Assembly: GCA_038882955.1 (NCBI GenBank)
Contig: JAVZNC010000001.1
Coordinates: 288,001 to 352,000, forward strand
Length of the DNA: 64,000 nt
Direction: 5' to 3'
From: Candidatus Bathyarchaeia archaeon
GTDB taxonomy: Archaea; Thermoproteota; Bathyarchaeia; Bathyarchaeales; Bathycorpusculaceae
Positions 56,251-64,000 of this stretch are shown one piece after another. The notes below the pieces were generated by a model. It worked only from the letters and a program-made list of their open reading frames with translations, had not been told where the DNA came from and did no database searches. The position numbers were made by a program, and so were the translations under genes. The stretch's first letter is position 1. Each line of letters starts with the position of its first letter.

Positions 56251-57597
56251 TTGAAGTGCGATTTGATTTTAAACAATGCAAAAGCTTGCATCAACAATGC
56301 AGTAGTGGATTGTAGCATCGCCTTGGGAGACGGCAAAATTGTTAAGATAGGCAAAGAAGCGCAGATGCCAAAGGCAGAAATGAGAAAGGATTTGAAAGGA
56401 CTGCTTGTTTTGCCCGGATTAATTGACGTTCATGTGCACCTGCGGGATGAGGGGAAAGCCTACAAAGAAGACTTTTACAGCGGCACGGCTGCGGCGGCGG
56501 CTGGTGGAATAACGACGGTTTTGGACATGCCGAATAATGAGCCTGTTACTATGAGCGCTGAAGCCTTGAAAAACCGCATTGAAAAAGCCAAAGACCGCGT
56601 TTTGGTCAATGTTGGTTTTTACTCTGAATTTCCGAGGTTTTTGGAAGAGATAAAGGAGATTGTTGAGGTTGGTGCTGTGGCGTTTAAGCTTTTCATGATT
56701 GAACAAGTTGGAGGGTTAAATATTAATGACGATGCTTCTTTGGCTGAAGCGTTTAGTATTCTCGGCAGAATGGGTGTGTTGGTTGCTGTCCACGCTGAAG
56801 ATGGGGCAGCCGTAAAGGCGGCTGAGCAAAAATTGAAGCGTAACAACTGTAATGATGTTGAAGCCTTTATTAAAGCGCATTCGGAACTTGCAGAACGGAA
56901 CGCTATAAAGCGGTTGTTAGACATCGTTAAACAAGTGCATAATAGAGTGCACGTTTGTCACGTAAGCACAAAAGCGGGACTTGAAATTATACGGGAAGGA
57001 AAAAAGTCCAAGCTGCCCATAACATGCGAAGCGACTCCGCATCATCTCCTATTGTCTGATGAAAACCTGAAAAGTGTTGGAGCAATAGCCTTAACGGTGC
57101 CTCCAGTTAGGGAGAAAAGCCATGCAAAAGCGCTTTGGATGGGCATAAAAGAGCATGTGATTGATGTTATAGCTTCGGATCATGCACCGCATACTTGGAA
57201 AGAGAAAATTGCGGATGTTGTTTGGAATGTTAAAACTGGTGTAGTTGGCTTGGAGACGACTTTGCCGCTTTTGCTTACTGAAGTTAATTGCGGAAACTTA
57301 TGTTTATCGGATGTTGTTAGGCTTATGGCGGAGAATCCTGCTAAAATTTTTGGTTTGAGGGGACGTGGCGTTTTGAGCGAGGGAAACAGCGCTGACTTAA
57401 CGGTTGTCGATTTAAAGATTGAAGGAAAAATTGATGCTTCAAGGTTCCATTCTAAAGCCAAGTTTTCGCCCTTTGATGGATGGAAATTTAAGGGAAAGCC
57501 CGTCAAGACTTTTGTAAACGGCAAATTAATTATGGATAACGGAGAAATTGTCGGTAACGCCGGAAATGGGAGAATCTTACGGAGAGAACCGATGTGA
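56251..57597 (+). CDS. pyrC: Dihydroorotase (cyclic amidohydrolase)
   Basis: PGLIDVHVHLR, DMPN, HVCHVS, TPHHL, SDHAPH. Confidence 0.88.
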   Translation: MKCDLILNNAKACINNAVVDCSIALGDGKIVKIGKEAQMPKAEMRKDLKGLLVLPGLIDVHVHLRDEGKAYKEDFYSGTAAAAAGGITTVLDMPNNEPVTMSAEALKNRIEKAKDRVLVNVGFYSEFPRFLEEIKEIVEVGAVAFKLFMIEQVGGLNINDDASLAEAFSILGRMGVLVAVHAEDGAAVKAAEQKLKRNNCNDVEAFIKAHSELAERNAIKRLLDIVKQVHNRVHVCHVSTKAGLEIIREGKKSKLPITCEATPHHLLLSDENLKSVGAIALTVPPVREKSHAKALWMGIKEHVIDVIASDHAPHTWKEKIADVVWNVKTGVVGLETTLPLLLTEVNCGNLCLSDVVRLMAENPAKIFGLRGRGVLSEGNSADLTVVDLKIEGKIDASRFHSKAKFSPFDGWKFKGKPVKTFVNGKLIMDNGEIVGNAGNGRILRREPM

Positions 57598-58079
57598 AAT
57601 TCATCGCAGATGGCATGCTTGGAAAGCTTACGCGTTGGCTTCGAATGCTGGGGCATAACGTGAAGTACTCAAATAAGCTGGATGATGCACAGCTAATGGC
57701 GATAGCCAAAAAAGAGCGTAGAATTTTGCTTACAAGAGATTTAGAGCTTTATCAACAAGCTACAGCGAAAGGCATCAACGCATTCTATTTAGAAGGAACC
57801 AATGAAGCTGAAAGGCTTGCGCGGTTAGCGAAAAGATACAAAATTCCATTAGATATAGACCTAAAAGTTTCACGTTGCCCAAAATGTAATACGCGTGTAA
57901 AACCAGTTCCGAAAGAAAGTGTAGAAGGTAAAGTTGAGGAGACAACCTTCAAATTTTATGATGAATTTTGGCAATGCCAAAAGTGCGGGCAAGTTTATTG
58001 GCAAGGCGCCCACTGGACAAGAATAAGGAAGACGCTTGAAGAGGCAAAAGAAATCTTGGAGAAACAAATTATTAGATAG
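57594..58079 (+). CDS. Mut7-C RNase (PIN-like) domain protein
   Basis: FIADGMLGKLTRWLRMLG, LLTRD, RCPKCN, CGQVYWQGAH. Confidence 0.9.
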   Translation: MKFIADGMLGKLTRWLRMLGHNVKYSNKLDDAQLMAIAKKERRILLTRDLELYQQATAKGINAFYLEGTNEAERLARLAKRYKIPLDIDLKVSRCPKCNTRVKPVPKESVEGKVEETTFKFYDEFWQCQKCGQVYWQGAHWTRIRKTLEEAKEILEKQIIR

Positions 58080-58085
58080 GCTGTT

Positions 58086-58325
58086 TTATTCTTCGCCTTC
58101 TAAAAGCCACTTCAGCGGAATATCTTGATAGGTGCCGTCTGGCAATACGCGTCTAATGGTTATTGGCAGTATTCCAGCTTCAAGCTCTTTTATTGCAATG
58201 TCTATTGGACTTGAGAAGCCCTCTGAAACATCAACTAGTATCGGAGCGCCCATGGATATTTGTAGAGCCCTAGCGCCCACTATCCTAGCCCTTTCAAAGC
58301 GAGTAAGTTTAGGTGGACCTATCAA
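58086..58325 (-). CDS. rpoK: DNA-directed RNA polymerase subunit K (Rpo6)
   Basis: [22 protein letters not shown]. Confidence 0.95.
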   Translation of the reverse strand: MIGPPKLTRFERARIVGARALQISMGAPILVDVSEGFSSPIDIAIKELEAGILPITIRRVLPDGTYQDIPLKWLLEGEE

Positions 58326-58352
58326 GATTCTTTTCTCTTTTTTAGACGTTTT

Positions 58353-59987
58353 CTAATACTCTCCAGCACCTTCTGGCATGCCCTTCGGAGGTGTTGGAGT
58401 CTTCATCTTTCCAGCAGCAATTATATCGTCAATTTTTAGTATCATTGAAGCCGCTTCAGTGGCAGACTTAATAATCTGCTTTTTAACAGCCAACGGTTCA
58501 AAAACCCCAGCAGCAGCCATGTCCTGAACCTTTCCAGAGAGAACCTCTATGCCAGCCCAAGCCTCGCCTTTTTCGTGGCGAGCCCGAAGCTCCGAAAGCA
58601 CATCAATTGGGTCTAGCCCCGCGTTTTCCGTTAGAGTTGTTGGAACAGCCTCCAATGCTTCTGCGAAGCTTTTGACTGCGAGTTGCTCTCGCCCAGGGAG
58701 TGTTTCAGCGTATTTTTTGAGAATCTTTGAAATTTCGAGTTCTGGTGCTCCGCCCCCAGCCAATATTTTTGGTTCTTCAATCACGTCTTTGACGACACAA
58801 AGCGCATCATGAAGTGACCTTTCTGCCTCGTCCACTATGCGTTCTGTGCCGCCTCTTATCAGTATTGTAACGGCTCTTGGGTGCTTGCAACCCTCTATGA
58901 AAGTCATTTTGTCGTCACCTATTTTGCGTTCTTCAACTAGGCTTGCGTAGCCGAGGTCTGCTGGACTCATGTCGTCAATGTTCGTTACTATTTTTCCGCC
59001 AGTGGCTTTTGCAAGCTTCTCCATATCAGACTTTTTGATGCGGCGGACAGCCAATATCCCATTTCTAGCCAAGAAATGTTGCGCCATGTCATCTATGCCC
59101 TTTTGACAGAGAACAACTTTTGCGCCAACAGCAACAAGCTTGTCGACCATGTTTTTCAGCATTTCCTCTTCCTGTTTGAGAAAAGCCTCCATCTGTTCTG
59201 GACTTTCAATATTAATTTTCGCGTCAAATTCCGTCTTCTCAATCTCCAGTGAAGTGTCAAGCAGAGCAATTTTCGCGCTTTCTACGCGCTTGGGCATCCC
59301 TGAGTGCACGACTTCTTTGTCTAGGACTATGCCTTGTATAAGCCTCGTGTCCTTTAGGGATTCGCCTGGCTTCTTCTCGACCTTTACGTCATCAACGTCC
59401 ACCTTGTACTTGCCATTTTCTTTTTCTGCAACCTCAAGAATGGCTTTTACGGCTAGATCAGCCAAGTATTCGCGGTGCTCAGCAACAAGCTTGCTTGCCA
59501 TCGAAGTCATTGCAGCCATTTTTGCATATTCTTGCGTTTTTGCGCCAACCTTTATGGCTATTTCATCAAGAAACTCAAGCGCCTTCTCAGAAGCTTTCTT
59601 ATAGCCGTCAATTATTATTGTTGGGTGAATGTTTTTACCGATGAGTTCTTCAGCCTTGTTAAGTAGTTCGCCGGCGATTATCACGGCTGTTGTTGTTCCA
59701 TCGCCAGCCTCGTTGTCCTGTGTTTTTGCAACTTCAACCATCATTTTGGCGGCTGGATGCTGAACATCCATTTCGTCAAGGATTGTGCGCCCATCACTTG
59801 TTATTGTGACGTCGCCGAAGCTGTCAACAAGCATTTTATCCATACCCTTTGGTCCAAGAGAACTTTTAACGGTTTCAGCTACAATTCGTGCAGCCATAAT
59901 GTTTGCATGCTGCGCTTCTCTACCTCTGCTTCGGCTTGAACCTTCCTTCAATATTAAAACTGGAACTCCACCAGCTTGTGTTGACAA
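58353..59987 (-). CDS. ths: Thermosome (group II chaperonin) subunit
   Basis: [28 protein letters not shown]. Confidence 0.97.
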   Translation of the reverse strand: MSTQAGGVPVLILKEGSSRSRGREAQHANIMAARIVAETVKSSLGPKGMDKMLVDSFGDVTITSDGRTILDEMDVQHPAAKMMVEVAKTQDNEAGDGTTTAVIIAGELLNKAEELIGKNIHPTIIIDGYKKASEKALEFLDEIAIKVGAKTQEYAKMAAMTSMASKLVAEHREYLADLAVKAILEVAEKENGKYKVDVDDVKVEKKPGESLKDTRLIQGIVLDKEVVHSGMPKRVESAKIALLDTSLEIEKTEFDAKINIESPEQMEAFLKQEEEMLKNMVDKLVAVGAKVVLCQKGIDDMAQHFLARNGILAVRRIKKSDMEKLAKATGGKIVTNIDDMSPADLGYASLVEERKIGDDKMTFIEGCKHPRAVTILIRGGTERIVDEAERSLHDALCVVKDVIEEPKILAGGGAPELEISKILKKYAETLPGREQLAVKSFAEALEAVPTTLTENAGLDPIDVLSELRARHEKGEAWAGIEVLSGKVQDMAAAGVFEPLAVKKQIIKSATEAASMILKIDDIIAAGKMKTPTPPKGMPEGAGEY

Positions 59988-60079
59988 ATCAGATAACCTC
60001 CTCCGTGCGTCTCAATGAGAAACATCATTACAATATAAATTTTTCTAAAAAGATAGCCTAAAGTTAGATTCTGTAGCCC

Positions 60080-61189
60080 CTAAATTGGCTTCAGCACAGT
60101 CTTAAAGCCAGTTCCGGTGAGAACAACAACTGCATCCTCGCCTTTTTGTGCTTCACCGCTTTCAAGTTGCTTTTTGTAGGCTGCATAGGCAATGGCGGAG
60201 CTTGGCTCAACAAAGAAACCTATCCTCGCAAGCTCAACAAAAGTGTCAAATATTTCGTTCTCCTCGACCAGAACAGCGTCTCCATCAGCTTCTTTCAGGC
60301 TTTTAACCATAACATTCAAAAGGGGTGGATTGACGCTAACCAAGGCGTCCGCGATGGAAGTTATCCGTTTAGGCGGAACATACGGCAGATTTTTGAATTT
60401 GTGGTATAAAGGCGAAACTTGCCTTGTTTGACAAGCCGCAATTTTAGGCATAGCCTCAATCACTCCAGAATCAAGTAGATGCTTGAACCCATCTATAACG
60501 CCCAAGAGAAGGGTTCCAGCGGAAACTGGCAAGTAAATCCTTTCGGGAACACGCCAATCAAACTGCTCAGCAATTTCGTACGCGAGGCTCCTTATTCCAT
60601 CCCTAAAAAGCGGATGAAGGATGTGCCCAACATAGACCTTGCCGCGTTCAGCCTTCTGCGCCTCTTCGGCTACTCGGCTTCGGCTGCCAGAAACCTTTAC
60701 GACCTCAGCGCCATAAAATTTTATCTGGTTAAACTTTGGTCCAGAGACATTTTCTGGAACGTAAATTTTCGCTTTTAACCCAGCACGTGCAGCATAAGCG
60801 GCGATTGAGGCGCCAGCGTTGCCAGAAGAATCCTCGGAAATATGGCCATCCGCCTTTTTGATTAGTTTGCGCAGCGTTGATATGAGGACTGTGGAGCCCC
60901 TATCTTTAAAGGAGCCAGTGGGGTTAAGGTTCTCAAGCTTAAAATGCAAGTTTCTGGAAAATTTGACGAGAGGCGTCCAACCTTCACCCAAAGTTATTAT
61001 TTTTCCGCCATCTACGTAGGGGAAGAACTTCGCGTAGCGCCATAAACTGTGGCGTTTCTTCCGAATCCATCCAGTTTCAAAGTTTATGTTCATATAAATG
61101 GTAAGTGGACTTCCACAAGAAGAACACTTAAACTCTAATAAGTTATTCGAAGAGCGGTTGCAGACTGAACATTTAACCGCATAACTCAT
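60080..61189 (-). CDS. thrC: Threonine synthase-like PLP enzyme
   Basis: N-terminal CxxC, LGEGWTP, NPTGSFKDRG, DSSGNAG, EPSSA. Confidence 0.85.
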   Translation of the reverse strand: MSYAVKCSVCNRSSNNLLEFKCSSCGSPLTIYMNINFETGWIRKKRHSLWRYAKFFPYVDGGKIITLGEGWTPLVKFSRNLHFKLENLNPTGSFKDRGSTVLISTLRKLIKKADGHISEDSSGNAGASIAAYAARAGLKAKIYVPENVSGPKFNQIKFYGAEVVKVSGSRSRVAEEAQKAERGKVYVGHILHPLFRDGIRSLAYEIAEQFDWRVPERIYLPVSAGTLLLGVIDGFKHLLDSGVIEAMPKIAACQTRQVSPLYHKFKNLPYVPPKRITSIADALVSVNPPLLNVMVKSLKEADGDAVLVEENEIFDTFVELARIGFFVEPSSAIAYAAYKKQLESGEAQKGEDAVVVLTGTGFKTVLKPI

Positions 61190-61300
61190 AGACAAGCCTC
61201 TGCTGCTGTATGTTGAAGTATAGTTGGATAAGAAGATTATTTTTGCATTCCCACTCAACTTAAATATGCAGGGTTTTAAACTTTAAGTGGGGCGGTAGAT

Positions 61301-63091
61301 TTGAACCTGTTTGTACTGCTGTTAATATGGGCTTTTGTGTGGTACATCCCGATTCCGCCAAGGAAATTCAGCTGGAAATCCCCCGCCAGATTTGTTTCGC
61401 TCTTTTTAGGATTATTCATTTTCTTCATAATTCAGTTTTCACGCACACCCCTAAGCATTTCCATATACATACTCATATTCACAAGGGCTTTTGCGGCGCT
61501 TGTTGAATCAGCATTCTCTTTAAAGCGTTTGGAAGAAGAAGGCGCAACAGAACACCTTTACCCACGCCATCGTGTTCCACTGAAATTGTCTCCGAAGGTT
61601 AGAGGAAAAATCATTGCAGCCCTATTTCTGATATATTTGCTTTCGGTTTCTTTGGCTGTTGTTTTCTGGCAAGTTCAAAGGGTGGCAAATGCTGCGTACT
61701 TTAACAGTTTCATAACGTTTAAAGGCTCAGAGTTGCCCTTCAGCGAGGAAATCCCAGACGGCATGGTTCGTTTGGTAACAAAAGAGTTGGCAGTGTCAAT
61801 TGCACGTAGGCATATGTCGGAGTTTGGCAGCAACATGCGTGTCTTAGACTGTCACATAACAAAATCGCCAGAAGGAAAGCTTGTTTGGATTGCAGTCATA
61901 GGCTCGACAAACGTGCTAGCAGAAAACTACGTTAAAGGATTCGTTATAATAGATGCAACAGACCCATCTGCACCACCAGAAACGCTGCATGCAGAATTTG
62001 CCGTCGGAGAAAATTTGTGGTGGGACCACAACATCCACTTCCGCTCTTATATGATGGACACTTCGCAAAGCTATGGCGTGGCATATGCAACATGGGACTC
62101 GACAGCAAACGAAATAGTGTATGTTTTAACACGCTACAATGTTGGTTTTGACCTCATAAGGAGATATGAAAAACCCATAATCTATGATTCGCAAGGCAAC
62201 TTGAGATATGACGGAAACGATTTGTACATAGTCCCCGACTGGATTACGCAGGTTTACGATGAAGATTGGCTTGAAGAAATGATAAACGAGATGGGATGCT
62301 TCAGAAGAGGAGAGAGCTTTGACTATTGGGCTGGAGGCTTCTTATGGATAATACCGCCAAGCCGCGAACGCTTCCAAATGACAGAGGACACGCGATATGT
62401 TTTAGACCCAGGAACAAGGGACATGGTGGCAATTATCTGCGTTAACCCCTACGGAAACCAGCGGACACTTGCTGGCGTCTTCAAAGCCGCACGTGAAGGC
62501 ATATTCTTTTACGATTACAGGCTAAACAACTACATATCTGGCATGACGGCGGAAGACATTGTGGAAGGAAAACTGCCAAAACCAGCTGCTGGAATCTACT
62601 ACGCGGAAATGCCACTGTTATACCCAGTTAACGTTTCTAATACTTATAGGCTCGCATGGTATGTGCCGATTTATTGGCGTGAAGGCACAGGCGAACCAGA
62701 TGAAACCATTTACTTGGCTGGATTTGCGATTGTGGATGCCTTGGAAACAAGCAAAATGGTGATAAACATGATGACTGAGAGATTAACAAGCACGCAACTA
62801 GTGAGCAAAACACGCCTAGATTTTATGAAACTTTTCGGTGCAATAACATACGTCGAACTTCACGAAACTGTCCGAGACAAATACGAGTACGTTGAAGATG
62901 GAACAACACACATAGTCCTACAATTATACAACGAAACCTACCAGTGGATTGAGGCAACACCCAAAGACTTGCAAACTGACCAATGGAACGAGTTAATGGC
63001 AACAAAAAGCGGAGACAACGTCGCCATGCGCATTGAACAGAGGGAAGATAAATGGATAATAGTTTATTTTGACAATTTGAACATACCGTGA
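61301..63091 (+). CDS. Hypothetical membrane protein with a large soluble (probably extracellular) domain
   Basis: N-terminal TM helices followed by about 470 aa of beta-rich, aromatic-rich sequence. Confidence 0.75.
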   Translation: MNLFVLLLIWAFVWYIPIPPRKFSWKSPARFVSLFLGLFIFFIIQFSRTPLSISIYILIFTRAFAALVESAFSLKRLEEEGATEHLYPRHRVPLKLSPKVRGKIIAALFLIYLLSVSLAVVFWQVQRVANAAYFNSFITFKGSELPFSEEIPDGMVRLVTKELAVSIARRHMSEFGSNMRVLDCHITKSPEGKLVWIAVIGSTNVLAENYVKGFVIIDATDPSAPPETLHAEFAVGENLWWDHNIHFRSYMMDTSQSYGVAYATWDSTANEIVYVLTRYNVGFDLIRRYEKPIIYDSQGNLRYDGNDLYIVPDWITQVYDEDWLEEMINEMGCFRRGESFDYWAGGFLWIIPPSRERFQMTEDTRYVLDPGTRDMVAIICVNPYGNQRTLAGVFKAAREGIFFYDYRLNNYISGMTAEDIVEGKLPKPAAGIYYAEMPLLYPVNVSNTYRLAWYVPIYWREGTGEPDETIYLAGFAIVDALETSKMVINMMTERLTSTQLVSKTRLDFMKLFGAITYVELHETVRDKYEYVEDGTTHIVLQLYNETYQWIEATPKDLQTDQWNELMATKSGDNVAMRIEQREDKWIIVYFDNLNIP

Positions 63092-63105
63092 TACTGATTA
63101 AGCAT

Positions 63106-63609
63106 TTAATAAACTGAAACCTTGGCTACGCCATTAACCTTCAGAAACTTCGGGATAAGCTCGCCGGGAATTTTCTTTTCAACGATTAACGTAAGTTTGG
63201 GCTCAGGAGAAAGCTCAGGGTCATCCACGATAGCTTGACGAATGCTCAAGCCATATTCAGCCAGTATCAAAGCCGAATTAGCTAATATGCCAGGTATCCT
63301 TGCATCAACAGGTGTTATTTCCAAGACGCCAAAGTTTAAGTGTTTCGCGATTTCTTGTAGGGAGTGCCCCGCGTTTCTCAATCCCTCAAAGATTTGGCGA
63401 AGTTCACGGTTCGCGTTGATAGTCTTTAGCGTCTCGTTTACTGTTCGTCTGTCCACTCCAGCGGCTCGCGCCACTCGGATTGGTGGAATCTCGATTTCGT
63501 TTAGGAAAATTTTTGTGTTTTTCACGCTTAGTCCATTTTCTACGAGGACTCGCGCAACTTTCAGTCTTTCTGGATGGTTTTCCAGGTATTTTTTGATAGC
63601 GTTCCACAT
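63106..63609 (-). CDS. trpY: TrpY-like tryptophan-responsive regulator (HTH plus ACT, COG2150)
   Basis: ARAAGVDRRTV, DARIPGIL, SIRQA..DPEL..EPKLT; resembles Methanothermobacter TrpY from memory; divergent from trpB2. Confidence 0.8.
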   Translation of the reverse strand: MWNAIKKYLENHPERLKVARVLVENGLSVKNTKIFLNEIEIPPIRVARAAGVDRRTVNETLKTINANRELRQIFEGLRNAGHSLQEIAKHLNFGVLEITPVDARIPGILANSALILAEYGLSIRQAIVDDPELSPEPKLTLIVEKKIPGELIPKFLKVNGVAKVSVY

Positions 63610-63625
63610 GTTCCAATTCTCCTTA

Positions 63626-63711
63626 TGTACATTTTTGTGCAATAAAGTATAAATATGTTCGTGTATTCAAATGTATGATAACGTACATAAAAGAACAAAA
63701 AGGCACGTACG
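63626..63711. promoter_or_regulatory. Candidate TRP boxes (TGTACA-like) in the trpY-trpB2 divergent promoter
   Basis: TGTACA at 63626; TGTATT 63662, TGTATG 63672 and CGTACA 63682 at a 10-bp period; CGTACG at 63706. Confidence 0.6.
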
Positions 63712-63724
63712 GGAGCTGAAAAGG

Positions 63725-64000
63725 ATGAGGAGCAGCACAAAAGAATGCTTCATCTCTCTTAGCCCAGACGAAATCCCAGAAAAATGGTACAACATACAAG
63801 CAGACTTGCCAGAACCATTACCGCCACCATTAGACCCAACAACAATGCAACCAATAAGCCCACAAGTTCTAGAAAGGATATTCGCAAAAGAGCTGATAAG
63901 GCAAGAGGTCTCCACAGAACGCTTCATAAAAATACCAGACGAAGTTTTGGACGCGTATCTAAGGCTTCCAAGACCAACGCCGCTGTACCGCGCAAGAAGA
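63725..64000 (+). CDS. trpB2: Tryptophan synthase beta-like TrpB2, N-terminal part (runs off the window edge)
   Basis: Manual translation: DEIPEKWYNIQADLPEPLPPPLDP...ELIRQEVS.ERFIKIPDEV...RPTPLYRARR. Confidence 0.9.
   Translation, partial: MRSSTKECFISLSPDEIPEKWYNIQADLPEPLPPPLDPTTMQPISPQVLERIFAKELIRQEVSTERFIKIPDEVLDAYLRLPRPTPLYRARR

Noticed and set aside
58326-58352. Possible frameshifted N-terminal extension of rpoK
   Set aside because: A TTG start at 58325 gives a normal-length Rpo6, so no extra explanation is needed.

Overview
A 64-kb archaeal chromosomal segment. Gene content (rps26e, arcadin-1, archaeal-type MAT, tiaS, thermosome, CDC48, EF-1beta, rpo6) points to the TACK group, most likely Bathyarchaeia; this is an inference. 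It is mostly densely packed housekeeping genes for translation and tRNA modification, cofactor, nucleotide and amino-acid metabolism, and proteostasis, plus one small accessory island at about 47.7-51.5 kb (Type IIG restriction-modification fusion, antitoxin and frameshifted RelE-like toxin, G-string repeats). No rRNA, tRNA, CRISPR array or transposase was recognised. The strongest unusual signal is a 32-nt insertion (30535-30566) in the protein-L-isoaspartate methyltransferase gene pcm. It folds into a bulge-helix-bulge motif, and the canonical tRNA-splicing-endonuclease cut sites restore the reading frame and the conserved QTISAPHMV motif exactly, making it a candidate archaeal mRNA intron outside cbf5. 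Other notable signals: an extreme, gene-independent GT-to-AC strand-skew switch near 50.6 kb that coincides with the repeats, 44 identical nucleotides shared by the two AAA domains of cdc48, and a TrpY/TRP-box/trpB2 regulatory unit. All family assignments come from recognising motifs by eye; no database search was run.
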